NCBI RefSeq assembly: GCF_902713615.1
Contig: NC_052164.1
Span: 83,055,830-83,119,829 of the forward strand
DNA from: Scyliorhinus canicula
Taxonomy: Eukaryota
Reading direction: 5' to 3'
Length of the DNA: 64,000 bases
Shown here: positions 12,060 to 24,280 of the stretch, piece after piece
Numbering within the stretch: position 1 is the stretch's first letter
Layout of the letters: each line of letters opens with the position of its first letter
Translations under genes and position numbers: made by a program
Notes under the pieces: model-generated
What the model saw: the letters and a program-made list of their open reading frames with translations, nothing else
Told to the model about the DNA's origin: nothing
Databases searched by the model: none

Positions 12060-14090
12060 GGCAATGTAGTGGGTGGGTCACGGTGAAGTGCTATTCGTGG
12101 AAAAGCGTACGTGAGGTCCACAGCGGCCACCAAAGCAGCGCAATGTTCCTGAGAGGCTCATCAGAATGGGGGCATCATTCATCCATGTCATCAATGTTTG
12201 ACCTTTTGACTCCTCTAGTGAGGAGGAGAGGCACAGAGAGAGAGGGATGCAGCCACAAGGAACAACTGTGCAGTGGCCAGGGCAGGTCCAGTGGCCTGAG
12301 GAAGCCACTGGATGTAGAAGAGGAAGGGAAGAATGCAGCACCATGGTCACTGAGCTTCATTGAAATTTTCATGCACCTATGTCTCCAGAGAGGGTGGCAG
12401 AGCTGTGTGACATGCTGGAGCAGGATATGGTGCCAGTGTAAAATGGAGGACACCTATTGCGTGTAGTTGACGACAGCAATCACATTTTTTGACTGTTTTT
12501 TCAGAGATTGTCCGGAGACATCTAAAGACATGAAAATTTAAAGCGCAGAAGGAAGCCGTTTAGTTCCTCCTGTGTGTGCCAGCCATAAGGTTTCATCCCA
12601 CTTTCCAACTCTTGGTCAGTAGCCCTGTAGTTTATGCGATTGGAGTTTCTGCCTCTACTATACTTTCAGACATTCTCCGGAATCGGCGCGATGGCCCGAT
12701 GACGGAATCAAAAATGGCACGGACCACTCCGGCGTCGGGCCAACCGGAAGTAGCGGAATCCTCCGCACTTCTGGGGGCGAGGTGGATACTGGATGGGTTG
12801 GCGCTGCACCAGCTGACGCCAAAGGGCCTGCACGAGTTGGCGAATGCGGGGTATTCTGGCGCATGCGCGGGGGTGTCTTCCGAGGTCAGATCTCCCTGCA
12901 CCCCCCTGAGGACCGCCCCAGCCGACTTACCTGCCAGGTCCCGCCGTGTGGGACTATGTCTAATCCACGGCGGCGGGACTGGCCAGAAACCGACGGCCGC
13001 TCGGCCCATCGGGGCCCGGAGAATTGCCGGGGGGGGGGGGGGGGGGGGGGGGCGCTGCCAATGGCCCCCGACCTGCGTGGCGTGAACCCCGCCCTCGCCC
13101 GAAAACCGGCGCCAGAGAATACGACAGCCGGCGTTGGGGCGGGACTCGCGCCGCTCCCCGGAGATTCTCCAACCCGGCAGGGGGTCGGAGAATCCAGCTC
13201 ATAATGTTTCAGATGCCCACCCATCAGATTAATGTTCTTCTGCATGTGTGTTCTAACAAAGTGCCCAAAGCCCTTCCAATACTCTCAAATACCCCACCTG
13301 CAGTATAATCTTTGTTCATAGGTCCTTCACTCCATTGCTGCATGAAGGATATCATAGATGCAATGTATCTTTGGGCTGGCCAGTATATCAAATTCACACC
13401 TCATCAGACAAGTCAGGTTGCGAGTGTAGATGGGGGTGAACGCTTTATTTCCCCAGGCGCAGGGGATCATTGCCTTTTACTCAAAGAGCATAGCAGCCAG
13501 GCGCCTTGGTGAACCGTAAGAGACACCTCTCACCCTATTTAAGTCATCTGCAAGTTCTGGACAGATCACGCAGTTGTGTGTGAGGTTTCTCAGAAGCTGC
13601 CATAACTCCTACATCCTTAGACAATCCCAATTGCATTAGCTCTCCTAGCCACCCGATCACGTTTGTGGCCGGTTCATAGATCCACTGAAGACCTGGCTTC
13701 TGACTCCAGTACGCAACCCCAGCACACAGGAAGAGCACATAGAGAACCACTGACATAGGATTACAAGGACTACAATCAAGCAAACCAGTGGCCATTTGAA
13801 GATGAAATTCAAATGCCTTAATAGATCTGGAGGTGGTGGGGGTGGGGAACACATTAGTATTCCACATCATTATCGCCTACTGTGCCTTGAACAACCTGAT
13901 GTTCCAGGGGGGAGTAACATTGGAGCCAAAGGACAACACTGAGACAGGCACCTGCTCAGAGAAGGAAGATGAGATTGAGACATCTCAACAGGTGCCAGCT
14001 GATGGAGATGGAATTGAGGGGTCTGCTCACAGCACAGTGACGTGTGTGGCAGGGAGATTTGCAACTCTGATCAGCAAACGCTTCGCATGA
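12060..14090 (+). pseudogene. PIF/Harbinger (HARBI1-like) DDE transposase remnant, interrupted by a MITE
   Basis: Fragments translate to SCHNSYIL, WLLTPVRNP, GHLKMKFKCLNRSGG, IIIAYCALNNL. Confidence 0.75.
12672..13200. mobile_element. GC-rich Harbinger-type MITE
   Basis: ATTCTCC...GGAGAATCCAGC termini; terminal segment matches 15565-15600 in opposite orientation. Confidence 0.75.
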
Positions 14091-15564
14091 GGACAATTGC
14101 AGGGGCTACAGAACCCAATTCCCCCCCAGAGGCAACTTTGCTGATCTTTCATCAGAAATCCTTAGCGCCTCTCTTTACCTGTCAGGACTATATGCCAAGG
14201 CCTTCTATCCACACAGGAAATCATGAGGGTCTCACTTTTATGGAAGATCTATTACTTGATTGTACATCTGGTTACTATCAATTGCCACATAAAAATAAAA
14301 ACAAGTTACTCTGTATTGAATTCAAGGCCTATCACTCTCATTAAACATTAAATGCTGTTGTAGTTAACAAATTATTAGCCAATGAAACCCTAAGTGCTTT
14401 TCCATGCATTTACATGCTTGTTTGCTGTCACTTCTATCAGGTGTTCCTCTGCATTTGGAGTTGATGTGAAGACAGGCTGTTTGCCTTCCTTGCTCCAGTG
14501 TATTAGATAATCAGGGCCTGTGTCCTCTGGGTCCTTGATCTCCACTGGACCTGGCAGATTTGGGGCTACCTGCAACTTTGCCAGGTATGCCTCGGCAATT
14601 ATGCCAGCATGCAGTGTTTGTGTCACCGTCAAAGAGGCTCTGCCTTCTGCTGAAGAAGTGCTCGGAGAGAAGTGCCATTGACTTCAACTTTTCCCTCCTC
14701 TGACTCTGTCCACTCCTGGAAACAGGGAGATGAGTGGCTGGTCCTTCTCACCCTCCTGTCGCTCCATAGACTTCATGGATGAGGCCATGCTATGGGGGTT
14801 TGTGCGTACCGCCAACATCCACTTGGCTCTATGTAACTCTCCAGAAGTGTCACCAGTCTCTCATTGGAGGACACCATGTGAAACAAGGTGCTATTCATGC
14901 CGTTGTTGCACATCGATGTTGACACATTTGATACTGATGCTAAAACATCTGTTGCTTTGCTGACGATACCTAAGGCTTGACATTTGCATGAATCTGAGCA
15001 TCATTGGATCTCTCCTGACCCTTGAAGGGAAGTGGCCACAGTTCTTGCTGTCTCTGTTACATCCTCTTGTACATCTGTGCAGTGATCATCAAATTATTAC
15101 CTTCACTGGTGGATGAATGAAGTGACACAGTGTTGAGATGGTATTGTATCCTGTGTGCTTTCCAGTGTAGCAGAACCCTGCTTTTTTCCTCAAAGCTGAT
15201 GCTGTATTTGATGGAGGGACACAATTTAGTGAAATACCTTCTTATTCAACCAAGCGCTGGTATCTCCCCTGGATAAGGAGCTTCCAGAGGTGCCATAGGT
15301 GCAGAGATCTTACAAGGTCGAGGGAATGTTGGATGCTATCGTCGCTTTTAGTGAAAGTGGAATTTTCTGGTCTGCAGTGAGATAGAGATGACATGGAGAT
15401 GTATTTGTGATTCTTATTTCCATGGATCAGAACTTGGAAATGTAACATTTGAGATTTAACTTGAGGGATTTGATTCAAATTCTGGGTGGATCTGAACAAA
15501 AATAAACCTCATCTGTAATATTAACTGGTCCTTCTTCAAAGTTATTTATGTATTTACAAATCTT

Positions 15565-15998
15565 GGACGAAATTCTCCGACCCCCCACAGGGTAGGAGAA
15601 TCGCCCGGGGCCGGGCCAGTGCTGTGGGGGCACTCTTTTTCTTCCGCCGCCGCCATGGCCTCAACCATGGTGGAGGCGGAAGAGAATCCCCCAGCGCGCA
15701 TGCGCCGGTGGTGACGTCAGCGGCAGCTGACGCACCGGCGCATGCGTGAACTGGCGAAGGCCTTTCGGCCAGCCCCAGCACCGGGTGGCGGGCGTCAAAG
15801 GGCGTTGGTGCCGGTTTTGGCGCCAGTCGGCGTGGTGCCAACCACTCCGGCGCGGGCCTAGCCCCTCAATGTGAGGGCTTGGCCCCAAAGGTGCGGAGAA
15901 TTCCACATCTTTGGGGAGGCCCGACGCCAGAGTGATTGGCGCCACTCCGCTACGCCGGGACCCCCCCCCGCCCCGCCGGTAGGGGAGAATCCCGTCCC
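15565..15998. mobile_element. GC-rich Harbinger-type MITE
   Basis: TIRs GGACGAAATTCTCC / GGAGAATCCCGTCC; CpG-rich island in AT-rich flanks; TTA at right end. Confidence 0.8.
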
Positions 15999-16896
15999 TT
16001 AATTTAGCAGAGATTTAGAAAATGTGCATTCTTGAAAGTAGAGAAACTAATTGCTTTATTTTTCCATCCTGTCCTGGAGCTAGCTGAAATGACAGATGCA
16101 ACAATGATGCTGGGAAAAGGCAAAGACTGCAACCTAGTGGAAATATATGCCCAGTGAATCCACATGTAATAACATCCAGTAGAATGAAACGAGAGAACTA
16201 AATTCTGTCTGCAAACAATTGGAAAGCATAATTTGCTGTTTTTTAATATTACATATTTATGATTATTCAAGCAATGATATAAATCAAATCATGCCATTCC
16301 TTCAATATTTCAATGTATATGAGAGTTAACATCGCTGTTAAATTTTATATCGTTTTTTCAATAAATGTTTTGACATGTAGTTGAATATTGGCAGTAAAAT
16401 ATATCCTCTATAATATATTTTTCCAAAAGCAATTGCACAGGTATCTCTGACCACAAGATGGAGCTACAGCATTAAGTTTCCATTTGTTCTTAAAAACTTG
16501 ACAGCGAGAGACATGTAATTAAAGCAGATGTTACACATACTCAACATTGCACAGGAACAGGCACTATTATAATAGAAACGCTTCCGGTGACACAATGTCT
16601 TTCACATTGAAACATGTCAAAGAGCTTTGCACAATGAATTACTTTTCGAAGTTCAGTGACTGTTGTTAAGTAGATGAACTCAAAGAAATTGTAGCCACTG
16701 ATTTTCCATAGCCTCACAAATGCTCCAACAATACTAATGCCAGTTTTCGTAGCCTATTCTTGGTAAACAATACTTCACATTAAAAAGTTTGCATCTGACA
16801 ACTTAATTATTCAGAGCCAACCAATTCTGATTTCTCCAGGTTACCTTCCATACTCTAGTTGTTCTCAGCAATATTCTTTGGACATTTGAAGATTTT

Positions 16897-17969
16897 GGGC
16901 ACGATTCTCCCAAAAGGGAACAAAGTCCCCTAGCGAGCATGTTTAGCTGCATGTTTCCCAGCAATTCATGTTGAATAAGGGGCCTGAATGGGGAATGCGC
17001 GACGGAAGCCGCACATAGCCCCATTTTGTATAGTGTGGAGTGTAATATTCTTGTCGGGTGGCCTAATTTATTACAAGAACACTTTTAGCAAAAGCCATAA
17101 ATGATTTATTCACATTAACTGTGGGAAACTATATACAAAACAACAGATGAAAAACAGTAAAATCATGCCAGGCAACCTCTTTCTTCAACTGCCTCCAGCC
17201 AGTCTGAGATCAGCTGACTTTAACATTCACTTATATACTAGTGAGACTCCTAGTGGTTAGTCGGTAAATTACAACACAGCCTTGATATCACTACAGGGAG
17301 CTCTGCTCGCCGGCATGTCTCGCTGTAGTGTAAGATCGGGAAGCCATTTTTAAATGCCGTCCTGATCTCTGAGGCCCCCGAAACAATCTTCAACCTCTCT
17401 CCCCCACCCTCCCAAAACCCATGTCTGGCAATCCTGGACCGATCGCGTGCGTGCAAAAAATGACATCTTGGCAGTCCCAACCTGGCACCCGAGCAGTGCC
17501 TCTTCCAGCTGGCAGTGCCACCTGGGCACCTTGGCAGTGCCAAGTTGGCACCCAGGTGGCACTTCCAGGGTGCCAGGCTGGCACTGCGAGGGTACCCAGG
17601 TGGCACCAGCAGTGCCAGGGCACTACCCTGCCCAAAGGGAATGCAGCTGGGGCCTCCAATCCCCATGGAAACCCCCATTAGTGCCATTCCATCTGGTCCC
17701 CATTTGTAGGCATCAATGCTGAATGGCGCTCGCCCAAGGTCTCTTAGGTGAAGGGGTTGAACCCAAAAGCCTCCATATACCTTGGAAATTCTCACATCAG
17801 AGTGAGGCTTACTGCCTCGCTCTAATATGTAGATTTGTCAAAAGTTGAATCTCGCAAGGCATTGTGAGCCAGTAAGATCCCGAGAGCGGGGTCTCCCTGC
17901 TTTCAGTGGTCATGCTGCACCGCGGGCGAGCTGCTTCTCGGGTGAAACGTGGCTGTTGGATAGCGTCCC
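16897..17969. mobile_element. Non-autonomous Harbinger-type element containing a solo LTR
   Basis: Left GGGCACGATTCTCCC, right GGATAGCGTCCC; internal TGGCA/TGCCA-rich tract. Confidence 0.65.
17041..17295 (-). mobile_element. Solo LTR
   Basis: TGTAAT...ACTACA termini, flanked by TGGAG/GGGAG; TTTATT (minus-strand poly(A) signal). Confidence 0.65.
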
Positions 17970-18134
17970 TTGCCTTACTATTTCAATGAAGCCCATTAAA
18001 TCGAGCTGATGTGTTTCGTTTTGATTGGAATCCAAGAGCTTTACTGCGTTGCTCTTGGAAATCTATTTTTCTTCATTTAGTCACTGGTTTATAAGAAGTT
18101 TACTTCACAGGTGCATAAATGGACTCAGGAATAT

Positions 18135-18770
18135 TGTCGTCATCATCGTCTAAGTGACCTGTCGAGTGGCGGAGGTGCCCATGGTCTTCCAAAAATTCTA
18201 ATCATAGCAACAGTGGATGAGTTCATTGTTGGGAGTTCTGGTTGAACCAGTCTTTAATGTTATTTTGCTGCTTCCTTCATTTTCGACCTCTGAAATGAAA
18301 GGAAATGAAAATTGCTTATTGTCACGAGTGGGCTTCAATTAAGTTACTGTGAAAAGCCCCTAGTCGCCACATTCTGGCGCCTGTTCGGGGAGGCTGGTAT
18401 GGGAATTGAACCATGCTGCTGACCTGCCTTGGTCTGCTTTAAAAGCCAGCGATTTAGCCCAGTGTGCTAAACCAGCCCCTTGCTCTTCTTCTGTTAAACC
18501 TTCTGGTGGTAACTAGGCACTGCAATCCTTCTGCACGAATAACACATCCAAAGAACTCCATTTATCTCCTTTTGATATTAGTTTAGATTATTTTGTTTGT
18601 TTGGCCTCCTACTTCTTCGTTGGCTGTTTTTTTTCCATCCAGCTGACCTTTTGGAATCTTTCTTTAGCATCACATCTCTAAGCTGTTGATTTTCTTTTCT
18701 TCCTCTTTGCCAATGCTCCAAACTTCACATCCATAATTCATTATTAACCGGACATAGCGTTCATGGATTT
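18135..18770 (-). mobile_element. RTE-clade LINE 3' fragment, split by a SINE
   Basis: Minus-strand translation YGCEVWSIGKEEEKKINSLEM..VSW..NEEV..FFGCVIRAEGL..RGR..IKDW; (GAT/GAC)n tail. Confidence 0.7.
18292..18480 (-). mobile_element. tRNA-derived SINE with (TTTCA)n tail
   Basis: A/B-box head GGGGCTGGTTTAGCACACTGG..GGTTCAATTCCC; tail shared with 51700-51815. Confidence 0.8.
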
Positions 18771-18952
18771 AGTACATGGGTTCTCCGATTTCCTCCCACA
18801 AGTCCCGACGTGCTCATTAGGTGAATTGGACATTCTGTACTCTCCACCAGTGTACCCAAATAGGTGCCGGAGCGACTAGAACACTTTCACAGTAACTTTA
18901 TTGTAGTGTTAATGCAAGTCTACTTGTGACACTAATAAAGATTATAATTATT
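18770..18952 (+). mobile_element. 5'-truncated V-SINE
   Basis: V-domain ctccgatttcctcccacaagtcc; tail gtgacactaataaagatta shared with 31215-31485. Confidence 0.7.
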
Positions 18953-19223
18953 CTCATTTCAAGAAGCAAGCTGATATTTCTTATACTATATCCCTGAGTC
19001 ATATACTATGAGTGCCCTGAGCCATTATATATAAGTGTAGAATGCTTGGAAGGAAAAAAACAGGACTTTGGACCTATGGATTTCAAAGAGCTCCACCGCT
19101 GGGGTTTCCCCACCGCATTTCTGCCTCGGTTATAGATTAATTGATAGAAATTGATTTCTATGATTAATAAACAACTCCATTATCATTGCATCATATGTTA
19201 GCTATGGCTTAGTCAGTAGCATT

Positions 19224-20850
19224 TGTAGTATAAGGGTCTGGCATAGAAAGGGTTAACGTGGGACTTGGGTATGGTATCTCCCACATTTTAATAAAAAGGA
19301 ACACATGAGCAGGTCTAGAGGGAAATCTCTTACTGGGAAGAGATGTGTGTAGAGACAAGCATGGAGTCAGCTCCTAGCTTCGATCTTTTACTGTATACAT
19401 ATACATTGTTATGAATAGTTCATAAACACTTACTGCTAAGCAATACAAGGCTCAGAACCTATCAAACTGCACACATCTTACAACATGGTGGCAGCGATTG
19501 GAATAACCCAGGAACTCACAGAGACTGGAGAAGAAATTTATAACCTGGAGGATTAAAAGAGCAGCATTCTGACCTGACAGCAAAATCCAGAAGCGAAGGT
19601 GCAGAAGGAAATTACGAGAGAAAAGCTTGAAAGTGGGATTGGAAGCTGAAGGCAGAAACAAAACTCCACGCTGCATTAGAAGTCTCCACTGAACCCCAAG
19701 GAGTTCTGGCCTCAATACCCAGAGAGTGAATTTTCAGCTGGTACAGGAATTGAACCCGCGCTGCTGACCTTCTTCTGCATCACAAACCAGCTGTCTAGTC
19801 CACTGAGCTAAACCAGCCCCTTAGATACTTACATACTGCAAAGAAGACCCAGAACGGTCAATTCAGGGAGTCGCTGCTGAAAATTTAAAATATTTTAAAA
19901 CAAAGAAATCGCGAAGACTCAACAGGTACCGGAAACCTCATTGAGAAGAAGCATTCAGCAGTGGATTGAAATCTTAACAGCAATCCCAACTTTAAATGCT
20001 GTGGAGATGTCAGCGTTGGACTGGGGTGAGCACAGTAAGAAGTCTTACAGCACCAGGTTAAAGTCCAACAGGTTTGTTTCAAATCACTAGCTTTTGGAGC
20101 ACTGCTCCTTCCTCAGGTGAATGAAGAGGTAGATTCCAGAAACATATATATATAGACAAAGTCAATGATGCAACACAATGCTTTGAATGTGAGCATTTGC
20201 AGGTAATGAAGTCTTTACAGATCCAGAGATAGGGGTAATCCCAGGTTTAAGAGATGTGAATTGTCTCAAGCCAGGACAGTTGGTAGGATTTCACAAGCCC
20301 AGGCCAGATGGTGGGGGGGGGGGGGGGGGGGGGTGAATGTAATGCAACATGAATCCAAGGTCACGGTTAAGGCCGTACTCATGTGTGCGGAACTTGGCTA
20401 TAAGTTTCTGTTCGGCGATTCTGCGTTGATACGCGTCCTGAAGGCCGCCTTGGAGAATGCTTACCCAGAGGTCAGAGGCTGAATGCCCTTGACTGCTGAA
20501 GTGTTCCCCGACTGGAAGGGAACATTCCTGCCTGGCGATCGTCGCGCGATGTCCGTTCATCCAATTTTAAATGACCATGGATCAAAAATCTTGCTTATTA
20601 GAGCAGTTTGAACTCATCCATGGCCCAGATCAGCCACAATATTAGAGACATTGAAGAAAGAGGTCCCAGAGGTACAGGATTGCTTCAGGTCCAGATAAAA
20701 AAGACAGAAGCTGCACGGATTCAATAGATCCAATCGGCAACAATATAATTGCTAGACACAGCGTCAATGAATCCTCAGCAAAATTTTAAAAGCATTTGAT
20801 ACATATTTTGATGTGAGCAGTAACAAGATGCTGGAATGAGCAAAGTTTAT
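19224..20850 (+). mobile_element. LTR + PBS + degenerate gag of a Gypsy-like element, interrupted by Penelope
   Basis: TGTAGT...ACAACA (19224-19485) followed by TGGTGGCAGCG primer-binding-site-like sequence; internal extent approximate. Confidence 0.55.
19999..20560 (-). mobile_element. Penelope-like element 3' fragment (GIY-YIG C-terminus + pseudo-LTR)
   Basis: ORF 20291-20560 PVGEHFSSQGHSASDL..RRIAEQKLIAKFRTHEYGLNRD; 13-bp TSD CCAA(C/T)TTTAAATG at 19986-19998 and 20561-20573. Confidence 0.85.
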
Positions 20851-21059
20851 CAAATACAAACTGAAAATGCTGGATTAACACAGAAGGTCTGGCAGCATCT
20901 GTGAAGAAAAACAGAGTTAATGTTTTGGATCTAAATGATCCTTCTACAGAACATTCAGATCATTTGGCGTTTACCCAGCATCTTTAGTTAGTATTTCAGA
21001 TTTCCAGCATCTGCAGTATTTTACATTTATTTGAAATTTCCAGCAATCAGGAGATCACA

Positions 21060-21410
21060 ATTGCCTGTTAATTCGCATGTACTTGATTAACCCTGAATTG
21101 CCCTTGAGTAGGTGTTGCAGAGTTGTCCTCTTGAACCACTTCAGTCCATCTGGTGTAGCTGCACCCATAGTACTCGTGGAAAGGGAGTTTTGACCCAACA
21201 ATAATGATACAGTTCCAAGTCAGGATGGTGTGTGGCTTGGAGGGGTACTTGGCAGGTGGTGGCATTCTCATGCATCTGCTGTTCATGTCCTTCTGGATGG
21301 TAGAGGTTGTAGATTTGAAAGATACGACTGAAGGAGGCTTGGCAAATTGCTGCAGTGCATCTTATAGATAGTACACATAGCTGTTACTATGTGCCAGTGG
21401 TGATGGAGGA
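21060..21410 (-). mobile_element. Degenerate CR1-group LINE 3' fragment
   Basis: Resembles the 3' coding end/UTR of the fragment at 43860-44250 in opposite orientation. Confidence 0.45.
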
Positions 21411-24055
21411 TGTCATTAACAGTACTACCAAGTAGTACTTACACAATAATAATCTGCTTAATGATGCTCCGTCAGCTACTTTTGGCTCCAGATCTCAATT
21501 AAGTGCATCTGCTGTTTTATGATTTCACCTTTCTAACTGTGAACTCCTTAAGTCAACCTTTTAAATGTAATATTCTTCAAGCTGCTTAAGTGGGATTTAT
21601 CCTATTTTCTAGAATTAAACTTTAATTTTCCTCAGACTAAAAGCGACCTCTAAAAGGTCACAATGGTATTTACAATACAGCGTACAATAATTAATCTATT
21701 TCATAGAGGGGTGGAATCTAACACCGCTGAGGGTGTCAAGCTGAAGGAAGCTGGAGAGCTGTGGGATAATTTGTAAAAGTACGAAATAGTGACCTAATGG
21801 ATTGGAGATGGCCTTTGATATAAAGAATAAAGGGCACAGCATCATGAACAACTTGTAATTTACTGGAAATTGTCAATTAATTAGCTATCAATTAGAGAAT
21901 GGCTTGAAAGAAAATGATTTAACCATTTGTTTTAACCCCCATGGAGGTCACGGATAAGGACCATCAAGTTTCACGTGACATCCACAGAATACAAACTTAC
22001 CTGGTAATGGGCGGGACTTCCCCTTAACAAGGGGAGTCCTCACTTGTATGTAAACCCCGTTCTGGGTGCAGGATGAGGAAGTAGATCTTGGAGGAATGGA
22101 GACATATTGTATTGTTAATAAACATTTATCCAGTATTTACTACTTGCTGTTTATGTGTACTACTTTATGCATATTCAACACCATGATACAATTGATAGGA
22201 ATCCATAAGGTGGCAATTTGTATAGAAGTGTATCGCACAAGACTATGTGCTTTTATCATGTGCCTAGAATTGTGCTGCATTAAAACATTCAGGTAATTCT
22301 TCATAGTAAATGGACAAGAATAGAAATGCCCGTAAACAGCTGAGATTATTTCTCTATTTATCTGTAACACTGCAGGCACCTTTAATAATCCCCCGTGAAG
22401 GTCGTACTCTCAACTAACAATTTATACAGATATCCACAAGGGATTAAAATAGCAGGGATTCAGAAATCCTCACAGATCTTTTTTAAATACTTCAGCTTTT
22501 GTCGGCTAGCTCATTACAACTGTTATAATATGAGGTTGAAAATGTTTTAATTCATCAACAGAAGAACTGCAGCATGAAAGATAATATTGCTGACAATCAC
22601 GAATCTTTCAGCCACAGTTTCATTACATTTCATAGTCTTAACATTTCTGCCAATCATATTAAATTGTAATATCCATGATATGCACTATAGAATAAGAGCT
22701 AGAAGGAATGGATTTCAATGGCATAATCTGATTTGGGGTTCATATGTCAAGCACAAGTGACATGAATTGTATTCTTACCATTTTTAATATCATGCAAACC
22801 CACAAGCTTGCTCACCACTATTCCTTTTCTAAAAACACGTTTCATTTGTATATGTATTCTTTTAACTCTGTTTTGGCTCCTGTTGTCTAGTGGCTTTGGC
22901 TCTGGCTAGCCACTCAAGTTATAAATTCAAATACCGCCATTGCAAATTGTGGAATTCAGCAAGTCTGACCTTTGCCATAAAATCTCCATCTGGATCATTA
23001 ACGGAAAGGAATCTGCACCCCAACCTGGTCTAGCCTAGGTGCAACTCTAATCACACTGTACAGGATAATAGTAATACCAGGGAGAGACAATAAATACTGA
23101 CTTGCCAGTGCCGTCAATATCCCAATATAAAAATAAGTCTAATTCACTCATCAATGATGCACACCATTCAGAAAACAGCCAGGCCACAGCGGTGTTTGAA
23201 TTATTCATTAACTGGCCACTAGAAGGAGACTTGAAGCTAATTGGGATATTCTTTCTCTCCTGCAATAACATGTCTCGATCAGTTAGTGTCTCCCACAAAC
23301 AGTGAGATCCAGTTGGTGCCATGTCACTCACAGAACTGAGAAACAAAGTCAGGTCTGTGTAGGAAAACAGAGGAAAAATTAGGAAACAGGCTTTTGCCAG
23401 ACTCTTCACAGGAAATGCATATTAATTTGTATGTAGCACGAAAAGTTAGTATATTGACCAATTTCAAGAATACTTTTAAATTTAACACAATTTTTGAACG
23501 ACATGGTTATATATATATTTCCTATTAATAAATTTTACTGTAGATTTTTAGTGAAATTCAAACTATTTTAACGTTAGACATTTCTTCTGGTTGCTGTATG
23601 CTGGAAACATTGAAAATATGGAGTGGAATTTTAAAATTTTTTCAAAGTGTCGGTTAAGTGAGAAAATGAGAAAGAATCCCATCAGCACCGTCAATGAGAA
23701 GACGTATATTCAGCCTCTTTAAGGAATTTTTTTTCCCGCGTTGCATTCAACATCATTGGCGACTTGCCTCTGATTTGCTTTCCCGCTAAAACTTAATCTC
23801 TGTAATCAGTGGGGCGCTCCCTTTAAACACCTATCCAGCACTTCTACCAAGTCCACTCAGGGGGATGGCTACCAGAAAGACAGCATTACATTTTACAGAG
23901 GGAGCCCTCAGGAAACTTCTGGATGGGGTCGAGCAGAGGCAGAAAACCCTCTACCTTCGATCGGGCAGACATCCAGCCAGCAAAGTTGCCAACCCCACCC
24001 AGGAGGCAGTGGCTGCAATTATAATCGCCAGCTCACTTCATAAGAGGATGGGGCA

Positions 24056-24280
24056 GGGCAGCACGTGGCACAATGGTTAGCATTGCTGCCTACGGCGCTG
24101 AGGACCCGGGTTCGAATCCCGGCCCTGGGTCACTTGCCCGTGTGGAGTTTGCACATTCTCCCCGTGTCTGTGTGGGTTTCACCCCCACAACCCAAAGATG
24201 TGCAGGTTAGGTGGATTGGCCATGCTAAATTGCCCCTTAATTGGACAAAAAATAATTGGGTACTCTAAATTTTTTTAAAA
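24056..24280 (+). mobile_element. Short HE1-like V-SINE inserted in the Myb/SANT exon
   Basis: tRNA-like A/B boxes; 16-bp TSD ATA(A/T)GAGGATGGGGC(A/T) at 24040-24055 and 24281-24296. Confidence 0.9.

Noticed and set aside
13029-13052. Long poly-G/poly-C runs (also 244-272, 6529-6555, 20313-20333, 29688-29712) as functional or frameshift signals
   Set aside because: Homopolymer lengths are unreliable in long-read assemblies and common in these repeats
12576-13308. CpG-rich region with overlapping ORFs as a host promoter or gene
   Set aside because: Bounded by MITE termini and related to 15565-15998
15242-15499. Minus-strand exon candidate (acceptor ~15492, donor ~15313)
   Set aside because: Peptide unrecognisable and cannot be linked in frame to other candidates
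22779-23353. Two small minus-strand exon candidates (~22779-22828, ~23331-23353) and ORF 23047-23409
   Set aside because: Splice signals are plausible but joining them gives stops in all frames; could only be non-coding or separate
24056-24130. tRNA genes at SINE heads
   Set aside because: A/B boxes continue into V-domain and LINE-like tails; they are SINEs
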